Made by a program: the position numbers and the translations under genes
The notes under the pieces: generated by a model
What the model was told of the DNA's origin: nothing
Database searches by the model: none
The model's input: the letters and a program-made list of their open reading frames with translations, nothing else
Part shown: positions 50,230-62,974 of the stretch, in pieces
How positions within the stretch are numbered: the stretch's first letter is position 1
Layout: every line of letters begins with the position of its first letter
Source: Chiloscyllium plagiosum
Lineage: Eukaryota
Assembly: GCF_004010195.1 (NCBI RefSeq)
Contig: NC_057753.1
Span: 2,271,285-2,335,284 of the forward strand
Direction of reading: 5' to 3'
Length of the DNA stretch: 64,000 nucleotides

Positions 50230-50960
50230 AATAAGGCGAACAAATAGGGGATATTTTATGTCTCACTAGAATCTGGGAGATCAAAGTCTCTCTGGTTTGC
50301 AGTTTATGACCCCTGCTGTTCAGATGCCATGAACTGGTTTTAAAACAGAAGGTAAATTCTTCATAAATCTTACTCTTTCTATGCTCGATCCTTTCACTAA
50401 ATAAGACAAAATCGATTCGAATTCCATTGGTAAGGGTGAATTTCGTTCACTATTTGAATGCAAGGATCTGCAATTGAGCTACAATTGTTTATTTTCCATG
50501 TTTTACAAACTCTTCTGCTCTCTTAGAGATGTTATGTTTAGATCCTCTGTTGCTTCATCTTCCCTGCAAAGTGTTTTCTTTCTTTACTGTCCACAGTTGG
50601 CTACTCATAAAACTTCAACTAACTCCCTGCAAGAATGCCTGTGAGCTGCATTTCAGAATAACGTTTTTCTTGATATCCAATAACAGTTACCAATGAGTTT
50701 AGATAATTGTGGGTTCGTATACTTCTTTTGAGCCTTGCTAAACTTCAAACTTCGGGGTGGTTGTTCTCATACATCCCTTCATAGAAACAGAATAGAAGCA
50801 GGCCTCTTGGCCTATTGAGTTCACGCTGACTCACCCAGACTCAAAACTCTCCCCTATTCAAGAAACTCTGCATTTTCCAATCCACTTAACCGATACATTC
50901 CTGGTTACCATGGATAATTCTGCATGGCAGACTCAGCTGCACATTCTTGAACCATAGCAA
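50230..50960 (+). repeat. Diverged direct duplicate of 61130-61930
   Basis: Shared ctgggagatcaaa, acccctgctgtt, cgattcga and gatctgca-ttgagct, plus the same adjoining decayed SINE. Confidence 0.75.
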
Positions 50961-51559
50961 GAAATCGAAGGACATTTGCACGATAACATCAAGTGTACGT
51001 ATATAACTTCACATTGGAACTGATTTTGCAAATGTTATAACAGTTGTAGAAATTCTCCTCCTTTTGTATTGTTTGTAATAAAATGATGAGGGTTTTTGGA
51101 AGAATTCATCATGGTTAGCAGATATCCAGTTATTAGGGATTAACATGGGATAGCTCATAAATGTCAGCAACCGTCAGAAGAATTGTAAGATCCCAAGGAT
51201 GGATGATGCAAGTGTCTCGTCATTATCATGAGATTATGGGAGGACTTTGGGCTGTCTATGGAGCTGTAAATTATTGATCATGTGTTACTGAATTATATAC
51301 ATAGAGGTCTGTGGCTGATAATGACATCAGTTTTGCATGTGTTTAATTTAATTGGAAATGTTTAAAAATGCTGTATCTTTTTTGGCCGAAACAGAGGGTC
51401 CCAGAGAGGGTCCTCTCCAATGCCACATGATAAAGAGTTCTGAACAAAGTTCGAATTGTTTCACTAAAGATGTGGCTCAAGAATCCTCTTTGATATTTCC
51501 TCCAGCAGTGTCCAAACTGGCCAGTGACTTGGCATCAAACTGCTGTCACTAAGGATCTG

Positions 51560-52600
51560 TGTCCCATTTCTGTAGCCACTATCCCCCTGCTAGTTCATAT
51601 CGATCCGATTCTACCTCAAAGTGGTAACCCTGTTATCCTAAACAGAGAATCTGCCGTTGTCATTACGGTCTCACCACAAAAAAGGCTGAGGTGTTAAGTC
51701 TGAAGCCATCTTCACAGCTGAGCTGTCACGTCTTTCCCTCTGGGATATGCAGTTCGTTATTACTATTGCATGTTACTCCATGCCCTTAAATCTTGTAGAG
51801 AAGCACACAGAAATTCCTATTATCATCAGGACATGAGGAATAATCATTAGCCAAGCATTCTGACATTGCTGTGCCATATTGGCTAGCATGTTCTTCAGGG
51901 TTCTATTCATACTGTACATTATTCCACTTGATTGGGGCCCATGGTACGTGAAACGTTTGTTCAATCCGTTCCAGTGTCATGGCACTCTGCATTAAAAGAG
52001 CCGTAACATGATTCTTCCTTGACCTGATTCTCTTCTCCTCAGTAAACCCCAGTGATTACAAATGTTTGCCAAAATATTTTGCTGCAATCTTTGTTGCATT
52101 GGTTCGAGTTGGAAACGCCTCTATCCATTTGGTGAAGGTACCTGTTATCATCAGGATATGTTTATATACTCCCCTGGTAAGGAGGAGAGTAAACACAAAA
52201 TGAATTTGTAGATTTGTGCAGGGACATTGTTTCGCTATGAATTCCTTTCTTCTCGTTTCTCTTCAGCCTACTTTGGACGCATATTGGAATTTTTTTTTGT
52301 AATGTTCAATATCTCCTTTCGTTCGTTGACAAAAAAAATCTCTTTCTGCCTCTCCACACTGCTCTCCCACCATTGATATCAATATTTAGTATAATACCAA
52401 AAAAAATCAGATTCATTTCTGCATCTGCGGCTGTAAAATTCCCTTTGCACAACACCACACCCTCCTCAACATTTACGTGATTTATCCCTGAAATTCCTCT
52501 GATGCCTGGCCTTCCACTTTTGTTTTAAACTGTTTATACCTTCTTTGATCTCCTGCCAAATCAATTGGGCCACATTTTTTTCTTTTCCTGCCCTTCTTTT
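51560..52600 (-). mobile_element. Retrovirus-like integrase remnant
   Basis: NLQIHFV...YKHILMITGTFTKWIEAFPTRTNA and MNRTLKNMLA. Same family as 58600-59100. Confidence 0.75.
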
Positions 52601-52984
52601 CATTCAATTTGCAACAGTCATTCTTTGTTAGTCGTTGCTATTTTTGGCTAATTTCCAGTATGATGTTTGCGTCGACATATACAAATCCTATCATTTCTGA
52701 TAAAGAAGGTTTTTTTCAGCGTTTTGTGTAATGCAAAAGGAAGTTTTGTCCCATAGTCATAGTATGCTCTTTGTACATTTGAGAAGAGGCACGCACAAAC
52801 CTCATGAAAACAAAAACATTCTATTCCACTTAAGAAAATCTAGCAGGCAGCAGATGCACTAATTTCATTGTCAAAATAACCTTAAAAAAAGCATCCATCT
52901 AATTAGGTCCAAGGTACCTGGCATCAGGTATAATTACGACCAATCTTCAATGAATTATAGAAACCATTCAGAGTTTCAGCAGAG

Positions 52985-53054
52985 ATGCATGGAATACCAA
53001 AGGGTCTTCTGTTTTCCATTTACTATCCCTTTCTTGCCGTTATCGGGGTTCCAG
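52985..53054 (+). pseudogene. GPCR B exon 1
   Basis: MHGIPKGLLFSIYYPFLAVIGVP followed by G|GTAAAG. Confidence 0.8.
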
Positions 53055-54857
53055 GTAAAGTATTGGACTTAGTAACTCACTCAACCATCGCTAAACTGCA
53101 TAATTTGCACAACTTGACCAACAATGCTTCTCCCTTTCCCTTCCATGATGTGTATTAACTTAATTTAAAGCACACTTTCTTTACTCTAACTTGTCTAATC
53201 TCTTCTCCTGTACAAAATAATTTTCCACCGTAACGGCGCTAATTCATTGGTAGATGACAGAATCTATCACTTGATGACATAACTTCTCAGTATTAGTGGC
53301 TTAATTTTCTTCTTGAATATTATTACATCATCACTTATCAGTGTAAGTTTCTTACGATGCCATTATAATTACACCCCCTTTGATTTTTACTATCTACTGA
53401 CAGTACCATATTTTCTTCATTTACCCATAACAAATCATTGCATATATCAATTTCGAGTTTTCTTCAAACTTCTTTTGTATGAAGCTTTCTTCTTCTTTTT
53501 TACAGAACAAATGCAATCCGATTGTATTGTTGCCATTGCTGTTGTGGAAAGGTAACACAAAGATATTATACATTTATAGAGTCATTGGTGGTGTTGCTGT
53601 TGATGAATCATTGATCCGTTACCACAGTGTAACTAATATCCCACTAGATTATTGATGAGGATACTGTATGTGGTTTACCTTACTGTTATCACTGTTAAAT
53701 ATTGTTTTATTGTGTGGCTCTCATAATTCAAGTGGGCAATTAACAAACTGTTCTCAGCGTGTGATGTGTTATTGTCAGTGCACTGTGTTTATCATACCAC
53801 AATATTCTCACAGTGTCAGTGAGGTATTTCAACGTTATTCACTTTGTGTATTATTGATGTTACTGCAAATAATTAGTTGATAGCGAGGTTGAAATATTGA
53901 AGATTTTCTTGTTGAATTTGATGAAGCAGTTTCCTGAGCAGGCATCGTTCGGGACAGCTCTGGTTTCAGTTATACAAGCCAGTAAGCTCTTTGCATTTGT
54001 CTATGAAATTGTCACTGTATGTAGATGACAGAGCATGATGCTTTGTTCTCAGTCTCTAATACTCATTATTTGATTCCAATACTTCACTTTCACATGTTGC
54101 ACTGTGAATGGCGCTAAACTACCAACTGTTGAGAGTCAGATTTTCTCCTGCTCACAGCATCTGACAATGCATTTCCACCTTCAGCACTTTTTCCAAGGTG
54201 ATGAAGAAACTCTATCTGGCAGCATATCTGAAATTGGTGGTGCCATACTTTTATTTCATATCGTAACTGCAGGGTAAGATTAATCAATTATTACATGGAT
54301 TGCAGGCAGCACTGAGCGAGTTCTTTCATGCTTGACATCATAAGAGGGTATTTCTCTGAAACAGAACTCTTTACCTGTCAGCTCCAATGGTTCAACAGAA
54401 GATTCATTTTATTGTACACTGAAGGGCTCCGAGTTATCGGTGTCCTTGACCAGCAATTAACATTTTTTTTGCCAGCTGTGTCCGCTAAACTGTTGGTTGC
54501 ATGTTCATTTTCCTATGTTTAAGAATAAGTCTAATGAAGGTGACTTACATGTTCCCCAACAGTCATGAGTTTTTCGTAACACATTGGAATGAATCACATT
54601 GATTCGTGGTGAGATATGATATTAGTTAGTTTTAGTTTTTCGGTCTATGATGATGCATCTTATGTTTAATATTGTTTCTATTTTCTTTCTTGATTCAACT
54701 TTTGTTGCTTATTCAGTCCTACTGTATTCCCTTGTGTTTTTGAATCCACAGTGTTTTCGTTTTGATGTCACTGGAATCTCTAACTTTCTTCACCTAACTC
54801 TCTCACTCTCTGACACGTAATTTCGCTCTCTGTCACTGTCTTCCTCTTTCATCACAG

Positions 54858-55618
54858 CTAACCTGGTCGTTATTATGATCCTGTCTCGAAAAACATGTGG
54901 CCTCTCTGGCTGTATCACCTATTACCTGGTGTCAATGACAGCGACAGATCTCCTGGTCATAGTTACTGCTGTCGTCTTAAACTGGATTGCTGGGATTTAT
55001 TTTGCATTAAGTTTCCTTTCCATCACTCCATTGTGCAGTTTACGTTCTGCCTTGATTTATGCATCTGTAGACAGTTCCGTCTGGTTAACAGTCACTTTTA
55101 CGTTTGACCGATTTGTGACCATTTCATGCCAGAAGCTGAAAATACGATATTGTACTAAGATGGTGGCTGCATGTGTTATAGGAATCGTCTCCACCCTGAG
55201 TTGTATAAAAAATGCCTTCTTATATTTTGTATATGACCCTATGTACATAATTGACAATATACCATGGTTGTGTAGCCTAAAGGTTATATACTACACATCA
55301 CCTGCCTGGGCTGCATTTGACTGGATGCGATCCATTCTAACCCCTTGTCTCCCATTCATTCTGGTTGTACTGCTGAATGCTCTGGCAGTCAGACATATTC
55401 GAGCAGCTAATCAAGCCCGCAGGAGAGTCCGGTGTCAGAACAAGAGACAGAACCACAGTGATTCAGAGGTCGAGAAGCGGAAAAAGTCCATCGTTTTACT
55501 TTTTGCCATCTCGTGCAATTTCATCCTACTCTATTTACTATTCATGATAACGATCCTGTATGTCCGAATTGCCAAAGTTACTTATTTCTCAGGTTCTGAT
55601 TCTAGTGAAACAACATGA
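54858..55618 (+). pseudogene. GPCR B exon 2, truncated before TM7 (probable pseudogene; 276 aa if translated)
   Basis: Acceptor tcacag at 54857. Colinear with GPCR A up to YFSGS. A ~100 nt deletion gives TGA, followed out of frame by NGVKYP. Confidence 0.8.
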
Positions 55619-57439
55619 ATGGGGTGAAATATCCATTGAGATCCTCAACCTGTGACAATCGTAACATTCTGCATAGTTTATGATAACACAGAGTTTCCTC
55701 TAAATGTCCTGATTGCAAATAGCCCGTTTTCCAAGAAATACTTTTCTTCGTTCGATCAGTGAACAATCTGAGAGATTTTGTTTACAAGCTGTCATGACTG
55801 TGTGATCACAGGTGCATTCTTAAGAGTGTTCATGGCGCTGGCGATCACTGCAGAGTGAAATCAAGTCATGTGCCAAATTGTATGATACAAAACGATACCA
55901 TTCTACTTATTGTACAAACACTGACTCTCGAAGTTGGCGTTTAACTTAGTACCATTTTCCTACCATTTCCAGTATCTCCGCTATTACTATATTAGAGTAA
56001 ATACCTTATGGCAGTCTTATTGCCTTGATTGAGCTTGCCTACTCCACTATTCTAGAAAGTGCATTCGTGAACTTGACCACTAGGTGTGTAATAAAGCATA
56101 TTCTATTCTCCAGCATCTGCTTCATTCACAAGTTCTATTTAAGCTCTGCACTCCCACTTTGTATCTTTTCATAACGGGGATCAGTTTATGGCTATCTTTC
56201 TCTCTGAATCTCACACGATTTTGCAACCACTTTTAAGATCACTTTTGAATCTCAAAGGGAAATTGTCTCAATTTCTCACATCGCAATTTTTAGCTGGGGC
56301 TCTTCATCCCTGGATACATTTTCATAAATGTCTGCGGAAGTCCCACCAATGCACTCCCGTACTCCATCGAATGAGCAAATCTGTACAAAATACTCCAGCT
56401 GACATCGAACTAATTTTTTTTGATAAATTACAGCATTGTCTCTTTTCTCTTGTAGTATGTAACCAAATTAGTAACTCCAACCTACTATATGATGTATTAA
56501 TAAAAATACGAATATCAAGCTTTTCTGACGCCATTGAATCTGTGAAAAAAAAGTTTAGAACGTTCTTCTTTAAGACATTCAAATGTTTCTGCTCTCTTGA
56601 TACTTGATATTCCTGATCCTCACTCATTCAGTGCAATTTCACAGAAATTAATAATAGAACAAAAGAGCGGTGTAAATTCTTGTCCCGTTGCATTTTTGCA
56701 ATTGAATTGTCATTCTACGGTGACCAGAGTGGTAGTGAGGTGGAAATAAGTGGTCTACACGGTTGTTCGATCGATCGTTTTTTGTACACCCGTTGTCATT
56801 TCACTCTTTTATGGAAATAAGTAGAGCAGCAAATTAACATTCCGTAGATTCAACAGCATTCCTTTCTCAATGAACAGCAGATTGTGAAAAATAAGTTCTC
56901 AACATTTATTTCAATGCAATTTTAGAAACTTGTCGTGTTCAAGTTGCTAACTTCAGCCTCACCTGTCTTCCACTCCTCAAACATTCTGCTCGCAACATGG
57001 CCAAAAATATAATGAACTGTTTTAAAGAGACGTTTAATATGTGTGCTATTCAAATTTCCACAAAGAAAAGACCTGAATATTCAGATGAACATCTGAAAAT
57101 GCAATTCCATAATTTCAAGTTTTTGCAACTTTAACTTTTTTCAATCTTGATTGCCAGTCCTGCAATTGAAGCTACTTGAATTGGAAGAGCCTGGAATATT
57201 ATTGGGCATGTACAGCGAGAATTGGGCATCATCAATACAACCATTCTGAAAAAAGATATCAACAGTGAATTTAACCCCAATGGATGGAATATATCGAAAA
57301 ATGTTGATAATCCAAAGAAGACGAGAAACGTCTGTGGAGAAAGAATGACAGTTAGTTCTTCATTGTTTCTTCCGACTACTGGAACTTTTACCGTCCTCGA
57401 TCACTGATATTATTCAAAATTAAAACTATTTTGTCATAA

Positions 57440-59400
57440 TCAGCGATGGGCAACAATGGTACCGACTGACCCTTTCTCCCTGGAAATTGTGGCAATGCAT
57501 TCCACAATATCAATGGTCTTGTTGCAAGAGATTCATGGTCAGTTAAGACCAATTGCCTATGCCTCATGGCACGATTACACCAGTGAAGCAGGGATTCATA
57601 GCACGCGAAATGCACTTATTGGCACTGTTCTGGAAAGTATCACGTTTTACCTGCATTGTAGGCTTGAAGCATTGACAATTTTGACGGAACATGCACCCAC
57701 CAACTATTTCTGGATGGATGTATTAAAAATGGCACCATGAGTCAGGAAACAGATAGAGGCAGAAGCAGGAGAGCAGCAAGAAAATGCCAAACCCCCTCTA
57801 AAACATTTTGGTGACGACTCCTTATTAGAACAGATTGGAGAACGGACAACAGGTTATGGTATCAATGTGGACGATGAACATGGAGTTGAAGTTGGTAATA
57901 TAGCTCTCAAACTGACAAAGAGTGCTCAAGCAGCTGAGTTGGCAGCAGTGGCATATATAGTGAGTACCCGGAACAGTATCGCACATGATCTGTTATCAAT
58001 GCATGTGTGCAACGACTTGAAAGAATACCTTCTCTATGGGACGTGTAAGGATATGTATTAGATGATGGAAATGTCCGACAATCTGCCCCCTTACTGCGAT
58101 ACATTTTCAAAAATGTGAAAGGACGGGAACATTGAGGAATGAAAGTAAAGGCTCATTCTAAGTTATGACGAGATCAATGAACCAAAAAAAAAGATAACAG
58201 CTGAAAAGGAATCCCCGCTACAGACTGAAGGAATAGAAGCGCAGCAAGTGAAAGAGCTGGTTCTGGTTGATTTGCAAGAGATACAAGAAAAATGAAAGGT
58301 TTGCATAAAAAGTATTGAAAGGGAAAGAATCAGAGGAATATGAGTGACTAAAAGAGCATGCATGGGAAGGAGGGTGTAGTGCTGTGTTGAAGGAAATTTG
58401 TAGCACCACAGAGAGAAAGGAATCAGATAACTTATTTGTACCACTAAATATGGATATCAAGGTGGAAGAGCGTTATGCAGAGGTAGAAAGAGGCATTTTG
58501 GTGGCCACGAATGAAGGCGACATGAACATTCCATAAAAAAGTCTAATAATTGCCCAAAGTAATATCAACAGAAATATTAAGAAAGGGGTTTTTAGATCCA
58601 CAAGGCCAGTCGAGGGGCCCTGCATACAATCTACAAATTGACTTTGTGTTTCCACTACCTTTATCACGGGAGAACATAAGCATATTCTGGTGATAATAGA
58701 ATAAAATCACCAAATGGTAGAGGAGTTTCCTACTTGAACTAACACTACTAAGATTCTGCCAACATTGTTGGAGAGGGTTTTTTTTGTAATATTTAGAGTT
58801 TACTGACGAGTATAGAATCAGATCAAGAAAGAAGCATTTTATGGTCCACTAAATGCAGAGTGCCATGACACCGCAAGGGATTAAACAAAGGTTCTACATA
58901 CCCTGGGGCATAACTCAGTGGTATAATGGAGAGAATGAACAGAACACTGAAGAACATGCTAGCCAAAATGGCACAACAATGTCAGAATATTTGTCTAATG
59001 TCCTGATGATAGCAGCAAGTATTGTGGCCTCCTCTACAAAATTTAGCCCCTATAGGCTAATGACGGGTGAAGAGAAGCGTGACCTGGAGCTACTGTTAGA
59101 ATAAAACCTAAACCAGCAGAAGTAGAAAGGTTAATGAAAGGCAAGTGGATTCAAGAGCTGGCTGAGAGTGCAAAAGTGCTGAACTACGTAGCTGCTAATA
59201 TCATGGATAGGGATCTACAGCAAAGCAGCACATATTTTGACTTCAAGGCAAAACCAGTGGAACTGCAAGTTGGGAAAAAGGTACAGATCCCTCTGCACCA
59301 AATACATCTTTCCTGGACCCGAGATTTGCAGGACCATATGAGGTGATAGAAAACGTGAGCCCCATAGTATATAAAGCGATTTCAGCCCTAAATAAGCGCT
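57440..59400 (+). mobile_element. Decayed retrovirus-like pol (tether/RNase H-like, RNase H, integrase)
   Basis: LLQEIHGQLRPIAYAS, TILTEH, SAQAAELAAVAYIV, KVKAHS, NLQIDF, IESDQ, MNRTLKNMLAK in mixed frames. Confidence 0.75.
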
Positions 59401-59648
59401 AATGATATCAAAACAAATGTTTGATGCCCGTTGGATGAAAACACGACAACTATCATCATGAACATGTAACAGTGGGAGTTCGTGTTTTTCTAGAATTGGG
59501 CAATGTTGGGTTGGATTGTCCATGCGTACATTAGCACTCACCCCAGATGGTGGAGGTATTACCCTTTTAAACATTCCAATCCAATAAGCCTCGAGAAATT
59601 GAATGCTGTTGCGAAGTCATAAGACAAAACAAAAGAGGAAAAGAAAGA

Positions 59649-60227
59649 ATAATTTGGCGGGATGTTTACTGACGTAGTTAACCCCGCAACCGACATGGGG
59701 TTATAGGAAGGGATGTTTCGGGCAAAAGCCTATGCCCGAAACGTCGATTCTCCTGTTCCCTGGATGCTGCCTGACCTGCTGCGCTTTTCCAGCAACACAT
59801 TTTCAGCTCTGATCTCCAGCATCTGCAGACCTCACTTTCTCCTATAGGAAGGGATGAACGATTAGAACTGACAACCGATTTGCATGAATTGCCGAAGGGG
59901 TTCAGAAATTGAACTTGCAAATAATGTACTCATTAAAGGAAAAGAAATGACAATAAAATTCGAATAAGATCAGAAATTACGTTTCTTTTACAGAGGCCAA
60001 GCCCAATGATAATTTGGCGGGATGTTTACTGACGTGGTTAACCCCACAACCGACATGGGGTTATAGGAAGGGATGAACGATTAGAACTGACAACCGATTT
60101 GCATGAATTGCCGAAGGGCTTCAAAAATTGAACTTGCAAATAATGTACTCATTAAAGGAAAAGAAATGACAATAAAATTCGAATAAGATCAGAAATTACG
60201 TTTCTTTTACAGAGGCCAAGCCCAATG
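59649..60227 (+). repeat. 219 bp tandem duplication; copy 1 carries a PLE insertion
   Basis: Copy 1 is 59649-60008 and copy 2 is 60009-60227, near-identical apart from the insert. Confidence 0.9.
59716..59842 (+). mobile_element. 127 bp PLE terminal fragment with 14 bp TSD
   Basis: TSD TATAGGAAGGGATG at 59702-59715 and 59843-59856. Homologous to 22055-22170. Confidence 0.85.
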
Positions 60228-61709
60228 AGATGATAATTTCCAGAGCTCTATATTTTGAATAAGCTGGGCTTGGGGCTGTTCTGATTACATTCCTCCTACA
60301 GGGAACCAAAGGAAAAGGTGGAGTGGAGTAAAATGTAATAGTAATATCAAACTGTGCACCCCAGAGGTTCAAGCGGTAAAGCTTAGCTACGAAAAGGGCT
60401 TCAGACTTAACATCGCATCCTTTTTCGGCTGAGACATTACTAAGGACGGCAGGTGCTCTGTATAGGGTTGTAGGATTACCATTTTGGGTGGTAAACGGAT
60501 GTGAAATTGCAGAGGTATGGGGGCAGGATAAATTGGGCACAGATCATTAGGTATAGCATTTTATGTCAAGTCACTGACCAATTTGGACACTTTTAGAGAG
60601 AAATATCAAAGAGGACTCTTGAGTCCAGCGTGCAGTCGAACAAATCAAACTTTCTAGCCGAACATTCGAGAGGACTGTCCCTCGGACACTCTAGTTTCCC
60701 CAAACAAATACAACAGTTTTGTACATTTCACATTAAAATAATCCCACGCAACATTGATTCAATTATTAGCCACACCCCCCTACTCTATGCATTCAATCAT
60801 GTAAACACAGGATTCATGATGGACAGCTCCATAGACAACCCTTATCCTCGCATTATCTCATGGCATCTACCAGACAGCTCCATAATCAGTCCTTCGGATC
60901 TTACAATGCATTTGACAGTTATTCTCCTCCCCAGACATTTACCAGCTGAATCAAGTTAATTGCTAATAAACTAGGTACTAACTTACCACGATGAATTATT
61001 CCAAATTCCCTCATCACTTTATTTCAAACAATAGAAATGAATGTGAATTTCTACGAATTGCTACAAAATTTGTAATTTCAGTTCAAATATAAAGTAATAT
61101 AGTTACATTTCGTGTTATTGTTCTTTAACAAGCCTGACAAATATAGGACAGCTTCTCTTTTGTTCAATCCTGGGAGATCAAACACAGTCTCTGTTTTGCA
61201 ACTACAGTTTACAACCCCTGCTGTTTGCATGCTGCAAATTAGTCTTGAAGCAAAAGTTTATTTGTCAATAAACTTTATTGTCTCCATCCTAGACTGGAAC
61301 TTCTTACTCAATAAGATAGCACCGATTCGAATTTCATCGTTGGGGGTGAAATGCAGTTTCTGCCATCTTTCCCTTGATCATTGGATTCAGTGATCTGCAC
61401 TTGAGCTGCAATTGATTATTTTCCATGCTTTAAAATCTCTTCTGTTCTCTAAGAGATTGGCTGTTGACCCCATTTGTCGCTTCGTTTTCCTGCGAGGAGG
61501 CCTTTTTTTTCGGTGTACAGTTGGCTTTTCACTAAAGCTCAATTAAATCCCTTCCTGGATGCTTATAAGTTGCATTTTACAATACTCAGGTTGGCGTTTA
61601 AAGTACGCAATCACAATTAACCAACGAATCTTGGTTATTGTGGGATCAAACAATTATTTTAATTATTGCTAAACTATAAAATTTAGGCTTGTTTTTCCGA
61701 GACATTTCA

Positions 61710-62030
61710 TCATAGAAGCAATATGGAAGCAGGCCATTTGGCCAGTTAAGTCCACATGGCGCCACTGAAGAGAATCCCACTCGGACTCAATCCATGTATC
61801 TCTGCAATTCCCCATACTATCGTAATTAACCTACACATCCCTGCTTACAATGAGCAATTGAGCATGGCTAAGTCACCTAATTTGCACATACTTGGATTTT
61901 AGGAAGTAATCAGAACAAATCCGCGCAGACACTAGGAGAATATACAAACTCCATATAGACAGTCACGTAAGTGTTGAATCGAACCTATGCCCTGGTGCTG
62001 TAAAGCAGCACTGCCAAAGATGGCACCACA
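61710..62030 (-). mobile_element. Decayed HE1-like SINE
   Basis: gcagacactaggagaatatacaaactccatatagacagtcac matches the SINE core. Confidence 0.7.
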
Positions 62031-62974
62031 TATCATATAGGATACTTTCTATCAGAAACACTTGTGTGCTGAAAACTGCCTGTGTACAGAAATGTAACTA
62101 TATTCCCCAATGTCTAATAGACTGAAACTGAAATCACCACTATAACTGTACGAATGTATAAAATGTGTGTGTGTGTGTACTTATTTATTGTTCATAATTT
62201 CCTGATATCATTTTAATTAAGTGGGTCCATTTTCCCGTTCTGTTCTATATTAAATGGAACTTTTACATTAATTTGCTGAAATGGTTTTCATATGTGCCTC
62301 CCTTGTGAGGAATGCCAGGCTACACAACCCTGTCTTCTCTCTCTTATTTTCTTATATGGTGATCCGTCTGGAGGTCACAAATCTGGCTGTGAACATCTGC
62401 CATTTGTAACTGTCAAGCATCTGCAGTCATTTTGAATCTGCTAAAAAGCTCCAGGCAGTCATTTTGCCAACTAAAGGCATGGGCCACTACAGAAACATGG
62501 AGCACGAGACCCTCTACAAATGGGTTTCGACACATCAAGAAGAATGTGAATGCTGGAATCGTGCTGCCAAATCTGAGATTGACGTCATGCTTGGATCTAT
62601 TATTGATTGAATGTGGAACGGCATGTTCAAGTTTACAGTCCGATGATGACTGTGGACATTATAGTCTGAGAAATCAAAATGCTCATGTGAAATTCCTGTT
62701 TTCCTAATGTAAGGCAATAACAAAAAATAACTTACATTTATATTGAAACTTTGACGTAGTAAAGCCTCGATAGTTGCTTCGCAGTTAATCAGAAACTGCA
62801 TTCGAAGAGCTCGATTTGAAGGAGGATCTTAGAGCGGGGATTTACGGAGGGAATGCAGAGTTCGTTGCCTCGGCAGCTGACAGCAGTCCACTAATGGTGG
62901 GTTGACTTATCTGTGACATAGGGAAGGGTTATGTGGCGACGCCGCATCACAGGAATTCACGGTAAGACAAGGAG

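Noticed and set aside
50904..50917. RFX X-box-like GTTACCATGGATAA
   Set aside because: It lies within a decayed SINE and is probably a chance match.
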